64,000 nt of DNA from Magallana gigas. Lineage: Eukaryota. Shown one piece after another: positions 25,901-39,558 of this stretch (within the stretch, counting starts at the first letter, position 1; the number at the start of each line of letters is the position of its first letter). The stretch is from NCBI RefSeq assembly GCF_963853765.1, contig NC_088860.1, positions 23,684,001 to 23,748,000 of the forward strand, written 5' to 3'. A program made the translations under genes and the position numbers. The notes under the pieces were generated by a model. It did no database searches. It saw only the letters and a program-made list of their open reading frames with translations, and was not told the origin of the DNA.

Positions 25901-28223
25901 AACAAATTGGCAATATGTTTTATATAGCGAATCCTTTTTAATTCTTTTCTGGTACTTTGAATGCATCTCTGGTACATGCACTTTAATTATGTAGATTTAT
26001 AAACTTGGAATTCAAAGAAGACTCACCTTGACCAGACATGGCAGTCCTTTTTCACCAGGCAGTGGGAAATTCAGGTCTGGGTCAGTTCTAGGAACCGATC
26101 CTTCATAAAAGAAATTAAAATAATAATTCATGGAACACAACAAGCATAAGACAAATGTAATACTGTTGATCTTCGTCTTTGGCAACCTCTGCTTATTCAA
26201 TAAAACATCAAAATATAAAAAGCAATAGAACAAATATTTTGTATGCAACAAGCTTCATAAAAACACTTACAACATATCTGTTGACCCTCACCTGCTATAG
26301 CCTCTGTCCGTGGCCGTTTGTTTTCCTCGCTCCTGTTTGCATCCCTTGATTCCTCTTCCATAGGTGTGTCCGACTGTGATGTCTCTTCCTCCTCCAACCC
26401 TCGCTTTGTCCTGTTGGGGGTAATGGACGATGATGGAAAACCCTTCTTACCAGCTTTATCAGAATAATCATTCAGTTGTTAAGAAAAAATTGAATGGAAG
26501 GAAAAGAGCATCCATGAGGATAATTGTTTATAAAGATGGCTTATGTCACTCAGGTGAGCAAAAGACAGTAGCTATTTTATATACACATCATCAGTCACCC
26601 AATAGGAGCATTGTGTAATAAAACATAAATTTTTACAGAGAGAAATATGTAAACTTGAATTTTATAATAATTGTAACCCACAAGAAAAGGATATTGTCTT
26701 GACCCAGTCTGTCTCCCCTGGTATAGGCACACAGTATAAAGTCTGTCTCTCCATTGTCACATTGTTCTCAGAATCTGTGTTGATTTCTTGGTGCTTCTGT
26801 GAAAATAAATTTATAAAATCAAAATGACTTTCATGAGGTGAAGATTAAATTGTTAACTTACATGCTGATCACATGACAATACACTTCGATCTGTCACAGA
26901 GATTCTATTCAAACTCCATACAAAATATTTGTTTGAGGAGTGTTTCATTAGACTTGGATATTGATTTAATACATACGGCACATTCTGCAATGTCCTTGTA
27001 CTTTCCAGACTTCATGGAGGTTGCTTTTGTGTTGACATCTGATACTTCATACTCGCCCATGTAAAACTCGGGGTCAAACATGTCCTGAATCATACATCTG
27101 TACCTCACTAGAGAATTTGGTGGAAGGCAGTGCAAAGGAGTATCGTTGAGGCTAGGAATCTACATTTTAAAATAAATATCTATATATGTATCTCATACTT
27201 ATTCAATTCCACAAGCATGTGATAAAACATAATGTTAAACAGGTACAGTACTTTACTTAGATACAATTATTGTTCAATACATATAATTTGATAATGCTGT
27301 ACATGGTTGATTCAAAAGGTGGTTGATTTATAAGCTGTGACAGTTCACTGACTCAGAATCAATTTAACATGAGATTAATTGAATATACTAGCTCAAAGCC
27401 ATGTCACACTATCGTCCCTTCACTCTTTATTACAGTACATATTAACATTATTTTATAATATTGATTGAAATGGGGATTTTCAGGGAATGTTTTTATTTCA
27501 ATATACAGGAATTCACACAAGATTACCAATTTTAATCAATTTTGTCTTTGGGAATAAATTATTAGGAACTCTACAATCCGACAACAGAGCCCCTGTGTGC
27601 AATAGTGCAATGGTCAGGTAAATATTTATTCAGCAAAACATCAGCAGTTAAATTTTAACAGCTGTTTAAAATCATTATTTTACTTACCCACAGACGAGCT
27701 GTCTCTGACTCAGTTTTGCCATGAAAGTATTCTTTGATCTTTTCAGCATCAGCTGATCCATGTTTATCTAAATCAATAACAAAGTATGTATCTGTGAAAT
27801 ATATTCACTACAATGTAAATAATGTCATATGATAACTTCTCTAGCTTTTCACTTACCTGCAGGCTTGCTAAATGTATACAATTTGTGCTCTTTTTTGAAA
27901 TTTAATTCCTTTAATACTGCCAAACATAGATAATTTGTGTTTAGTAACATTGAATCAAACACAAGTTTGACACAAATTAGCAAAATAAAGGAAGAAGACA
28001 ACAGAAATATAAAGATACCTGAGCGAGTGTAAGTAACTAAGTTTGATCCATGCACATGTTGATCTAACTATAATTTCTTGGATTATGCTTCATTGTAACA
28101 AAAGATACCTATCTTACGAATGACCAAGACGATTACTTAATCTACCAATTCAATAATTTACTAACCATAAAGGCTCTGAACGATCCCAAGCGGGTTCGTT
28201 GTCCAATCTTCTACACCTGGCAT
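22912..28223 (-). CDS. MCMBP: Mini-chromosome maintenance complex-binding protein (~617 aa)
   Basis: 15 exons in transcription order: 28223-28166, 27767-27688, 27159-26977, 26796-26695, 26469-26292, 26100-26027, 25758-25658, 25542-25376, 25215-25092, 24892-24775, 24526-24361, 24168-24035, 23801-23637, 23259-23171, 23026-22912. Recognisable motifs: [78 protein letters not shown]. Confidence 0.96.
23530..23630. repeat. Degenerate (atatatgact)n minisatellite in an MCMBP intron
   Basis: Repeated tatatatgacta-like units. Confidence 0.85.
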
Positions 28224-28576
28224 ATTTCCTTGTTTACAAAGAGAATGAATTATGGCGGGAAATCAGGATCACGTGGAGGTCGAATAAGTCGTTCGTTTTC
28301 ATTTCTTACTATTTTGTTAATAAATAGGGCAAAATAAATCTTGCTGAATTCATTAGTTTATGTAGCTTTGTGATCTTTAGATTTGAAGGTTGTGAAATCT
28401 TCGAAAATAGTTTTTTTTTATAGTAAAACATTATTTTACGGTTTTGGTTTTATATTTCGTTACGTTTCTGTATTTCCGGTGTATTTTGTCGTTGCTTCAA
28501 TTAGCGTTTTTGTGGACAAGACAATGTTTTTCATTTCCTCTATAGTTTTGCGTAGTTGAACATCTTGTAATGAAGG
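28224..28576. promoter_or_regulatory. Bidirectional promoter region MCMBP/UBAC2 with an E2F-like site
   Basis: Divergent start codons are 353 bp apart. ggcgggaaa at 28254-28262 (reverse complement TTTCCCGCC) matches the E2F consensus, with cacgtg nearby. Confidence 0.6.
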
Positions 28577-31500
28577 ATGTGGCAGTTGAACAGCGCATCG
28601 GGATTTTGTAAGAATGCACCACGACTTTCTTGATGTTGATTTTTGTTCGTTTAGTAGTGATGCATTAGCACACAAAACCATTACATCTGTAACAGCATGG
28701 ATATCTGTATCTATAACAGATGTACTAGAATGTTCGATGTCATATATGCTACTATTCTTGTGATACGCAGTTTGAATTGTAACATTTTAGAAATTTCTGT
28801 TTCTTCGAGGATCCAATCTGAGTTAAATAGAAATTAATAGAAAAATCACATTGATGTTTCAACTTTTATGTAAACCCATGTTTAGTATTTAATTTTACTC
28901 GATTTACACCTGTACATGCAGTCTTAAATCTGTCCCAAGTTACTGAACTGTCACATTTGTACGGTATTCCGTCGGGACCACTTCAACCCTCACACTTTCG
29001 TCTTAAGGGCGCAAAGTTACTGTAGGAGGACGAAAGTGCGAAGATGCAAAGGTGAAGGAGCGATAATAGTATGAGTGCAAAGTGAGCGATAGAAGTATCG
29101 CTCCTTAGCCATCACATCGTCGCAATTTAGCTCCTTCACCTCCACATGATGGGGCTACCCACACATTGAAGGAATTAATTAAGATCAAATAGATTTCATC
29201 ACAGGCACCCAAATATTTGGTTGCATAATGAAGGGGAAAATTTGGTTGACCTCTCAAAGGGAAACAACTTTTGTGTCAAAAGTGTGGATTTGACTGATAT
29301 TTTCAGTCACATTATCATTTTTCACATGATCGAAAACATATTTCTTACGGATATTTATAATGGGAAATGTTGACATCTTTTCTTCATTGGAAAGCCACTC
29401 GGAATACCTCGCATAATTTTTCAATGTTATCATCTGGGTACTTTCATGTCTGTTGCAATGCAAAATGAAAATCCCTGTAAACATAATATAGAGGGCATTT
29501 AAAAAGGGAAATCTTTTTTCATACTTTTGAAAGAATGTTGTTTGAATCTGAAGTATTCATAAACATTGTGTTATTAAGCAAAATGTGAATCAAGAATATC
29601 CTGAGACATAGTATAGCATTGTAAACATATATATTTGTCAAATGAGCGGGTCTTTTATTTATCAAGTTTTAATATTGTGTGTCAGGCCTTGCTACAACTG
29701 CAATGTTTTTGTTTCAGATAAAGCTCCAGTTTGCAAATGCATTCTGGGAGCCAGTTTTCTGTCATCGGTCCTCATCAATTTTCCACTGAGCCAGTATCGA
29801 CATTTGTGCGTGTACGACTATTCCCTGATTGTTGAGAAGCATCAACTTTGGCGTCTAATCACAGCAAGAGTTGCCTTTCTTGATGTCAAAGACCTAATGA
29901 TTGGAAGCATTTTGTTTTACTATTTTAGAACATTTGAGAGGAGATATGGTTCCAGAAAATTTTTTGTAAGAATATATCGAACATACATTTACCTTCAACA
30001 TGCATTGCACTTTAACTATTTAAATGTCAAATTTTAGATTCTGACTTTTTGAATATACATGTATTGATAATTTAATACTCAACTATAATGTGGTAGTTCT
30101 TAATTATCCGTAGAATCATAAATATTTTCACATTGTTTTCCAATATATGTAGCACTGTGTTTTCAGCTAATCAAATAAACATGGAATGCATTTATTTTCT
30201 GATTGTAGGCACAGCTTATAGGTTTTTTCTTGTTTGGGAGTGCTTTAGAGTTGTGTGCAGTCCATATCTGTAAACTTTTACAATTCAATATGGTACCTCT
30301 GCCATCTGGCCCGTAAGTTCATCAGCATCATATGGAAAAACTTTATTTACTGACACTCCCAAAAATTATGTATATTTTTGGCATCAAAATTAAATGGACT
30401 TATTATGTCTAATATCTCATTTTATGGCTTCACATACAAGTAAAAATTCTTTATTTTTTTTTGCAGATTGTGCTTTATTTACCCACTTTTTGTACCTTAT
30501 TTTATGGATATTCCAAGAATAGAATTGGGAAATGTTCTAGGAATTCCTATGACTGGAAAGTCATTCCAGTATTTTCTGGGACTGCAGGTAAAAAAACAAA
30601 ATTTTCAGTTTTAATAAAGTTTATTTATGTATTTGACCTACGATAAACTTATTCTGCTGTTCAACTGTAAAGGAAACTGTTTACAGTAGATATACATGTA
30701 CTATTATATATTAGCCCTTTACTTTTCTTGCACTTCCTTGTCATTGGTTCACATGCATTTCATATTATAATAAAGTACATTGTATCTAAAATCATTTGTT
30801 GATAAATAAATAACTTAAAAGAAGTTGGAACTTATGGGTTAATTAGATGTGTGTGTAAGGCATAAAATTACATGAGAAATATCATATAATTCATATAGAC
30901 TGTTGATACATTGCTCTCATTTCCTCCTCTTCTTCTGTATATAATGAACTGCTTTAATACTGAATCATCAGGACCTCTACATATTTTGTGACCCACATTA
31001 TCTTCATTTTGAGTGCAAAGTATATATCCTGAAAATATTATCTTGTATACATACATCATAGAGATAAAGTTGAAAGCAGATTTTTTCAAGCAAAAATTCT
31101 GAAAATTATTATTTCTTTAGTTGGATCTCAGGAGAGAGTTAAATAGCTAACTATATCATACACATTTAACAAAAAAGGGAGTGTCAAATAAATACCTTTT
31201 ATTGAACAGGTTGCCAGTGGTTCTCTGGAGACAATCATAGTAGCAGTTTGTGGAATAGTGAGTATAAAAGATGGATCAATCAATCAGCCAATTAATCAGT
31301 CCAATCAACCAATCAATTAATCAATCAATCATGATGGATAAGCTTTTATACATGTATTGCATGTTGTACAGTGTAATATGTGAAGTCACAAAGTGGTTGG
31401 TCTTGCACTTTTTTCTCAACCTTCATACATATTTGTACTAAACCACAAGCCTCTGAATTTCTATCAATAAGCTGTTAAATGTGGGGGAAGAGTGAGATAT

Positions 31501-33297
31501 ATACATGTACCCTATCTATATACAATTGTATTTATATAAAGATAGGGTATATATCTCGCTATATACATGTACCCTATCTATATACAAATGTATCTATCTC
31601 ACTCTTCCCCTACATTTAACGGCTTATTGATAGAAATTCAGAGGCCTGTGACTAAATCAATGCCAAAGCAAGTTGCTAAATCAATAATTCAAAATGTTAT
31701 TGTAGATATCTGGCATTTTGTGGCGAAAGAACTTTTTAAAAATACAGCAGCTAATTGTGATACCAAACACGGTAGCTAGTATAGTGCATAAAGTGTTTGG
31801 CAGATTCATTGAATCTGCGGAGCCTAAAGACTCTGTGCTCCCAATGGGAGCCACACTGGAGCTGCAGAGACAGGAAAGGATGGACCAGATAGAACAGCAG
31901 GTCCTGTTACAGTCCATACGTGATCAAGGGCCGCTCTACAATCCCAATCAGGGGGCAGCTTATAATCCCAATCAGGTATACCGGTATTGCTATTTTACAA
32001 ATAACCCCCAAAATTTGAAAGGCCTTAGGCACTCTCCCATAGTGTGAAATATTACAGCACAGATTGATTTTTTTGCAATTTTGAATTGAAATGAAAATAC
32101 TGTACAATGAAAGGAAAATATTTGATTTTTCCCTGCAATTAAATAAAAAAAATCAAACTGAGTTATTCCCCTTTTCAAATCATATAAAATACGTGCCTGC
32201 CACATTATATAGAAAAAAAATGCCAAGAGAAAGGAAAATTTTATTCTGTTTGCCTGAAAAGGACAAACTAAGGTGTTTTTTTCAGTTAAGAGTATATAAC
32301 TATATATGCCAGCTATCTACTGCACAATAATACGATTCAATCTTTTTGTATCAGAATGGCCCAGGATTGTTTGGAGCTTTGAATGATGAGATACCATATG
32401 CAGATCTTGATGAAGGACTTAGGCACAGAAATGTTCCAGCACCAGATCCACCATCTGATGAGCAGGTAGGTGACAGATGACACAAACAATATACATATGT
32501 ATACAGCAAGATTTAACCAAAGCACATAATACACAAAATACACAGTAATGCCCCAATAAACATGTATGATGCAATCACAAGAAGCAAAGTAAACCAATTT
32601 TCAGCACAATAATACATAGCCATGTACATGTATACCCAGTACAGCAAGATATCAGTATATCCAATGCACAACACAAAAAATACAATACAACCCAAGGTAC
32701 ATAGAGCAATCAATAGACAGAAAGTTAACGAATTCAAATCATATTACACAGCAGTTCAGTGTAAATCAATGTACAACACAAACAATGCAGAAGATTGTAT
32801 ACCAATACATAATTCAGTAAATACATTTACACATGTATAAAAAGTTAAGTACATAATATATATTCCCAATGCATAGCACAATTGTCACAAAACTGCACAG
32901 CATCATAGACATCTCCATAACTTTAATACATGTCATTACACAGTGCATGTATGATAAACTCAATACACAATATCATGCCAATATATGGCATAATCAATCT
33001 GTACTCTAATATGGGAACATTCTGATTTTCCAATCAGTTATAAATACACATCTACAGTTTTAAAGTTATTAATGGAGATAGGTGTTCAAGTTTGATAAAT
33101 GCATTATTCAACTACTTTATTACATTACATTTATTACAATTCACTTATTACATTACATTTATTACAACTACGTTCTATTGCAGATCCAGCAGCTGGTTGA
33201 CATGGGATTTACGGAGGAGAGAGTCCGAAGAGCTCTGCTTATGTCTCACAATGACCTCAACAACGCCACAAACTTTCTGCTCCAAGAGTCTTTGTGA
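28577..33297 (+). CDS. UBAC2: Ubiquitin-associated domain-containing protein 2 (rhomboid-like pseudoprotease + UBA; 348 aa)
   Basis: Exons 28577-28607, 29718-29965, 30209-30312, 30467-30587, 31210-31257, 31706-31975, 32355-32465 and 33184-33297 join in frame. Motifs: SGFYKAPV, QLWRLIT, FRTFERRYGSRKF, MGATLELQRQERM, UBA domain IQQLVDMGF...NDLNNATNFLL. Confidence 0.95.
31444..31650. repeat. Near-perfect foldback (inverted repeat) in UBAC2 intron 5
   Basis: cacaagcctctgaatttctatcaataagctgttaaatgtgggggaagagtgagatatatacat pairs with atgtatctatctcactcttcccctacatttaacggcttattgatagaaattcagaggcctgtg. Confidence 0.9.
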
Positions 33298-34054
33298 AAG
33301 GCGACAGTGGTTTATCAGTGTGCTACAGACCGTAACCAAAGACAAATGTTTACAAAGAATATTTTAGTGAAATCAGCAACTGTTTTGTTTGGGAAGGTTG
33401 AAGATATCTAAAAGTGACATACAATATATACATGTACAAGAAGAGTTATTACCCCTCAACAGTTAAATGTACTGGCACATGTAATGCACATGTAAAAATC
33501 AATGTACCGGTACATGAACCCTCTAAATCCAATTTACAGTGAAACATTCATATTTTTATTTAATCATGTTTGTAAAGAAAAAGTTATTTTTTGGTCAGTG
33601 CCTGGTTAAACTGCTTTTTCTTTATTTTTTAAAAACTTCATTCAAATACATGTGTATAACCATCTCACACTTCCAAAAGTGAATCGGTAAATGTATGATT
33701 GTGAATATTTCACTGAAAGCAATGTTGTTCAGGAGGATGTTCCAAAATTTTGTTGTAATCATGTCTTAAAGTTGATGCATTTAATACCTCTATTGGTATA
33801 TAATGCACATGAAACTGACATGTACAAGTTGTATATTTAGCTTACCTGTTGATGTTCCAGATTTGCAAAGCTATATTTCTAGTCTCTGTAAATTCTGAAT
33901 GTTATCTCCTGTGTTTCCTGTTTCCACTTGTCTGCATATCTCCTGTCAGATGGACTTTATTAATTTCTCTCAAATGAAATATGGGCTGTTACATGCAACT
34001 GCTTTAAACTTTTCCCCTGTGATTTTTCATTGCATCCCTCTATCTGGTCTGGAC

Positions 34055-34275
34055 TACTGTGGAATCATTAAAATTGATAGGGCCAATTTTCGTGGATTGT
34101 AGGTTTTCTTGCTTATGCGCAGAAATGTGATTTTGTGAATGCGCCAGTTTTCAGTTTCAGTCAGAAAACTAACTCTTTAAAATTTGTTTTCGTCAAGGAT
34201 GTAAATTCGTGGCGTAGAGCTACCCTTGAATACCATGAAAATTGAGCCACCATGAATTCTAATGATTCCATAGTA
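34055..34275. mobile_element. MITE (TACTG...AGTA termini)
   Basis: TIRs tactgtggaatcatta / taatgattccatagta. Related remnants appear near 6010-6170 and 11970-12060. Confidence 0.8.
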
Positions 34276-34473
34276 TATTTTATAAGGAAAGTAAAAGAGA
34301 TATAATTTTTTTTTTTACATTGTCTGAGTTGACATTTCTTTGTTTTATTCTGCAAGTGTATAGAGCTTGGTTTAAAGCTGAACACCGTTCTTAAATAGTC
34401 ACCATCACACAGGTATATAAACCCTTCGGTTTTGTTTCACCTGATTGCACACCTGAAACTGGTCGACGTGTAG

Positions 34474-34695
34474 TACTATATATTCCTTATTTTACGCGAG
34501 TACTAAATTCCGCGATTCAGTGGTTTTCCATCAAAGCGCGAGAACATAAAATCGCGAAAGCTGAAATTTTATCATTGTTTCATGTAGTTCACATTTGTCC
34601 AAAAACTAAAAGCGAGGTTTTAATGTTTGCGAGACGAGCTTCTCGCGATTTTACACGGAATATAATTCCTCGCGTTTAATTAGGAATTTACAGTA
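34474..34695. mobile_element. MITE (TACT...AGTA termini)
   Basis: TIRs tactatatattccttattttacgcgag / ctcgcgtttaattaggaatttacagta. Confidence 0.75.
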
Positions 34696-35301
34696 TTCCT
34701 TTCGTTGTCTTTGGAATTTATGCATTTGTTTCTTAATTTTGTGCAAATTCTGTTTATTAATGTGTAATGCGTTGACCTTTTATTTGATGTTAGTATTTCC
34801 CTGGCTTAAAAAAAGTGCAAAAAATTTGATAATTTCATCACAACCAAACCACTGTGAGGCATGATGTATGTACGTCCACATAGGTGATACCTCAACGGCA
34901 AAATGCTTTAAACTGTTAATAAGAGGGATGCGGCTTATAAAGGGGTTGTGGTGATAGTCGTGATAAAGTAGAAATATGGCGGAAAGTGCCTATTTACGAG
35001 TGGTGTTCAGCTTCCATTTCAAAGCCTTATAACTATTAAACTGCAAGATAAATACATGTAGAATACATGGTCACAAGGACCACTGAGGAGTGTGAGATCT
35101 GCGATATTGATTCCTATGATGAACCTGAGGGCTCTAGACTGATGTCCGTCAACTTGTTTATAATTAATGAAAACTATCGTATACTTTTTATATTATCTTT
35201 TTGTTGTATTTTTAAGCTTATCCATGCAACCAATCATTCAATGCATCTTGAAATAAAATAGGAAGAAAGTACTAGTACATTGTACATGTACTGTACATGT
35301 A

Positions 35302-35649
35302 TTAAGGTGGCTCACTACACCATGAAATATTTTCTCAAATCAGCAGAAAATTACTTAATTACCGTATGATAAATATCATAATGGATAAGAAGATATTTAA
35401 GTCAAATAGGCAAAAAAATGTGCAATTTTGGATAAAAAATTACATTTTCGAAAATTTAATTCAGTAACCATGAGCAAAAGCTCCAGGCGGATTCGAACTC
35501 GTGATCTGCGGTTCAGAAGCCCAATACTTCAACAACTGAACTACGAAGCTATACAACCCAATCAAATGAGTTTAACACAACATTAAAATCGCCATCTTGT
35601 GACAGAGTGTCTTAAAAAGTACAAGTCTAGGTGTAGTGAGGTACTTTAA
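35302..35649. mobile_element. TTAA-flanked MITE containing a tRNA-like segment
   Basis: ttaa-ggtggctcactacacc ... ggtgtagtgaggtact-ttaa. The minus strand of 35480-35546 reads gtagttcagttg...gagttcgaatccgcctggag, with A-box-like and B-box-like motifs. Confidence 0.7.
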
Positions 35650-36315
35650 GCATGGGGAGAGATCACGTGCGTTACCAATTCTTAGTACAAATAAAGAAAA
35701 ATAAAGACTGATTCAGCACCACTTTGCCATCATTACCATTGGTATTTCTGCTAATGCCCATGAAACGTGGAACAATTTTGAAATCCATTAATTTGACAAG
35801 TTATATTCTCCTTCCCCTATAAACATGTTCAGAAGCAATGTATCAAATTTGATAAAGATTTAAATTGGCCATTTACCGTATATAATTATTGGACATATTC
35901 TTATTTTTATCCTTTACTTACAGACACAGAGAGAGAGAAAGAGAGAGATCAATATAGACAAAATGAAAGAACATAACGTTCAAAGTATATAAAGTAGAAG
36001 TCACAGGGTATCGAGGATCCTTAATTGTCAAAGACTCAAACTTCCTTATCTCCATACTCCACCCTTAGTGTTTTAGACAATCCATATGTCAAAAAATGTA
36101 AATAATGGGGAAGAACTATACTTGTTTGAGATATGATTTATTTAGAGTACAAATTGAAGATAAGTATCACCATGGATATAAAATAAACAAATACACCTAC
36201 AACTACTCTCTAGATAAACTTGAACACAACTGAAATAACATAACGTGGGCCACATGTATTGAGGTAGAAAATGCATGCAAGAGTCTCCACTTAATTTTAA
36301 AACAATGATTTATCA

Positions 36316-39300
36316 TCACTGTATTGATTTGCTCTTATATTTCCTTTCAAATGCTGCCACATCAAACTTCCTCTTGCATCCAGCATAATTCATGTAGCGG
36401 ATTTTCCCAAAAATGTCTCGCTCTTTCCAGCCTTGGTCGTGAATTCCACAAATGGACCACATACAACCTGTATTGATCCGAAAAATATAAATTAGTCTAA
36501 ACGTCATCAAGATTTTATCTTTAAAATGGAGGAGTGGTTGACTTTAACCTTGTAATCTTTATGTACCGTATACATCAATAATTAGAATTTTTAAAAATTA
36601 ACCCACTTCTATTAACTAAAGGTGATATGAAAATGAACACTTCGATGCACAGTAAGTCTCGCATCGCACTTGCCATTCTTTCTAACAGAATTTGAACGTT
36701 TACAAGTACCTCAGTACTGAATAAGGACAAGGCAAGGAAATTCTTACCAACATAACCATTGGGGTCCCTTCCATCCAGTGAGTATTTATCATTGAGGTAG
36801 ATGGCAGTTTCTAAGGCAACTTTTGGACTTGGAGTCCACTCCAAAATCTTCTTGGCCCAATACATTCTGAGGAACCCATGCATTTTACCCTCCAGAACCA
36901 TCTGTTTCTGTTTAGGATTTAAACCAATATTTTGTTAAATGCAGAATCCTTACTACATGTAGCAAGTGCATTTAAAGGAAATGCAAATACATGTGATATG
37001 AATGTAGGACAGTTACATGTATGTGAAGATAAGGACAAAATCAAATACTGTGAACCAACTTTTATTCATGTGCGAGAAATTTGCGTGATTCGCGAAAGCA
37101 TTGTCATTGCTGGTCACAGCTTATACACTATGAAGTACCTGGGCAGCATTCCACAAATCATCATGAGTCTTGGCAAACTCCAGCTGTTCCTTGGTATACA
37201 CATACTTTCTCTCATCATCTGCATGGACTTTGAGTGTTTGTTTGGCCCAGTCGTATGCTCCTGTTATTAAAGTGAATAGTAATAATTAAGTTAACCTCCC
37301 ATCGAACATCTTATTACATGTAACACATTCAATGAGTTCAAGACCTAGATGTGTTGACAAATTACCATCAATGGAGTCATAGTTTTTATTATAAAAGCAG
37401 AAGTTGTCGGACAATTCGCGTCGTATGATGGCCTCCTCTATGTAGGACTCAACAGATTCTTTGTATTTACTGCGATACTGACGGACCGTCAGAATGCACC
37501 TCTGAACAGAGATCTGACCTATGAAAAAAAAAACATTGACATGTTGCCACAAAAAACCATCTAATGAATAACATTGAAATTAATGTTACCAATTACCAGA
37601 AGAAGGCATGTTGTCTTAATTAGTAATTGCTAATTAATTTTTTGATTGTTGAAAGCTAAATTTCTAAAATTTATTTGAATAATAAAACCTCATATTGCCA
37701 TTGTGAAACATGTTACCAAATTTGATCCAAGGTGAGAGGTTGCTGAGGGCATTTTTGTTTGGATTATTCCTGTCGGAACCAAAGTACTTGAGTCGCTCAT
37801 GGCAGAAGGACTCCAGCATGTTCAGTCCGGCTGTACTTCCTGGGACGGCCCAGTCCACCTCTGTAACCTTACGATCCACCTCCAAGCTGTCCTCGGCTTT
37901 GGACCAATCAACTGGCTGTAATGAAAGTTGTCGGCAACTGAATCAGACCACTTACTGATTCTAATATGTACTAGTAGTCAACAAAGTTCAAATAAAATTG
38001 CCTTTCATAATTTTGACTTAAACCTTCAATTACAGAAAAATTAAGCTCAGACCATTGTTAAAAATGAACATGAATGCATTATAACTTTCATGATGCACAT
38101 ATTTACCTGAGATGCTGCCTTTGGTTTGTGTGGGTGTTTAGAGACCGGAGGGAATTCCGTCAAGTACTGGCTCAGCTGACTGTGAATCTTGTTCCGGATT
38201 GTCCTGGCTCCATACTCCAGTTTGGGTGAAGCCTCCCAGCATGGCACTACATTGTGAGCATCCACCTGAAAGACATTACATTGGTTTCTCATGAATATAG
38301 ATTGATTTGCAATGGGTTGATTTCATTAGCAATGTTTTTATTGAAACAAAGTCTTTGATAGTAAGCAAGTTGTTTCTCTACTAAACTTAACGGACTTTAA
38401 ACTTTTAGATTGCCAACTTCATAATACTATTGCATATCAACAGATCGATTAAAAACTAGATACATTCAAATTTATGACCTCAAATAATGAAAATATCAGA
38501 TATGGATATGAAGTATAGTATGTGGGCCCTACCTGACACAAGGGGATGTCTGAGGGCAGAGCCTTTGAGACCCCAGACACCCACTCTGCTGGCACCCTCA
38601 GGGGAGAGAAGTCCGTGATTACTCCTCCAATCTGGTGATCTTTTACAAATGAAGGCAGTACATCCTTAGCATGTCCAATCAATAGATGAAAAGATATGCC
38701 CAGCTCTTGACATTCCTACAAAACAAAATGACTTTTAAAAATTTAAATATGGCACATTAGCATACATTACTGGCATTTCTTTCTTGAATGTGCATTGGTT
38801 TAACATAAGTTGAAAAATTCTGACACTGTAATTGTCTTCAAATTAAATTTTTTTTACATCATCAATCATTCATTAAAAAAATATCATCTATGTCTTATGT
38901 ATATTCTATATGTATGTCGTATGATAACCTTTACCTTCTCAACTTCTTCTAGTCCCTTCAGAATAAACCTGTAATGTCGGATGGTGGCATCCAGAAACTT
39001 TGGAACCAGACAAAAGCAAACGTGAAGGGGTACCTCCATCTTGAGGGCAAGTCTCTGGGCATACAGCATCGCCCAATTATCTGATAAATTGGGTCAAGAA
39101 AACACCTGTTATATATATATACACAAAATATAACATGTAAAATTTCAGTAAATGATTTTTGTTACCTATTAATGAATTAACATGAATTACCTTTTCTTTG
39201 CACATGACCTCATTCATTTACATTCATTCATGGACAGTCATCAAAACTTACAATATTTCTTGTTAATGTACTGAAAATTCTCACCCTGAACTCTCTGGTC

Positions 39301-39558
39301 CCTTGACATCCAGTACACAACCCCATTCTTCCCATCAGGGAAATCTTGAACTTTGGACAACACTTTAATTCTCTTCTTGTTGAATTTGAATTCGGCTACA
39401 GACTCGCAGAGTTTCTTGCGGGACTCAGTGATCTGTTTTATTAGGCCGTTTTGACCTTGACCTTGGCTGTCCGTGACCTCAGTCTTCTGTTTCTTTGAAC
39501 TCTCCTTCGCCGACTCTTCTGTGTCAGCTTTCCTTTTACTCTTCTTTTTATCAGACAT
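36316..39558 (-). CDS. phr: Class II CPD (deoxyribodipyrimidine) photolyase, short NLS-bearing isoform (515 aa)
   Basis: Exons 39558-39285, 39080-38935, 38715-38533, 38265-38107, 37915-37717, 37518-37366, 37260-37139, 36907-36748 and 36467-36316 join in frame. Class II motifs: [91 protein letters not shown]. Confidence 0.97.

Noticed and set aside
26405-26480. Conventional AT-AC solutions for MCMBP intron 4
   Set aside because: The proximal ACs give in-frame TGA. The distal in-frame AC (cccaac|agg) is about 65 nt from the branch site and would delete a segment that aligns with the human protein.
32470-33020. CA-rich stretch with hydrophobic antisense ORFs (32337-32737)
   Set aside because: Low-complexity intronic sequence in UBAC2; the hydrophobic translations reflect TG bias.
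35480-35546. Functional tRNA gene (also 43185-43253)
   Set aside because: Acceptor and anticodon stems do not pair convincingly; treated as TE-borne tRNA-derived fragments.
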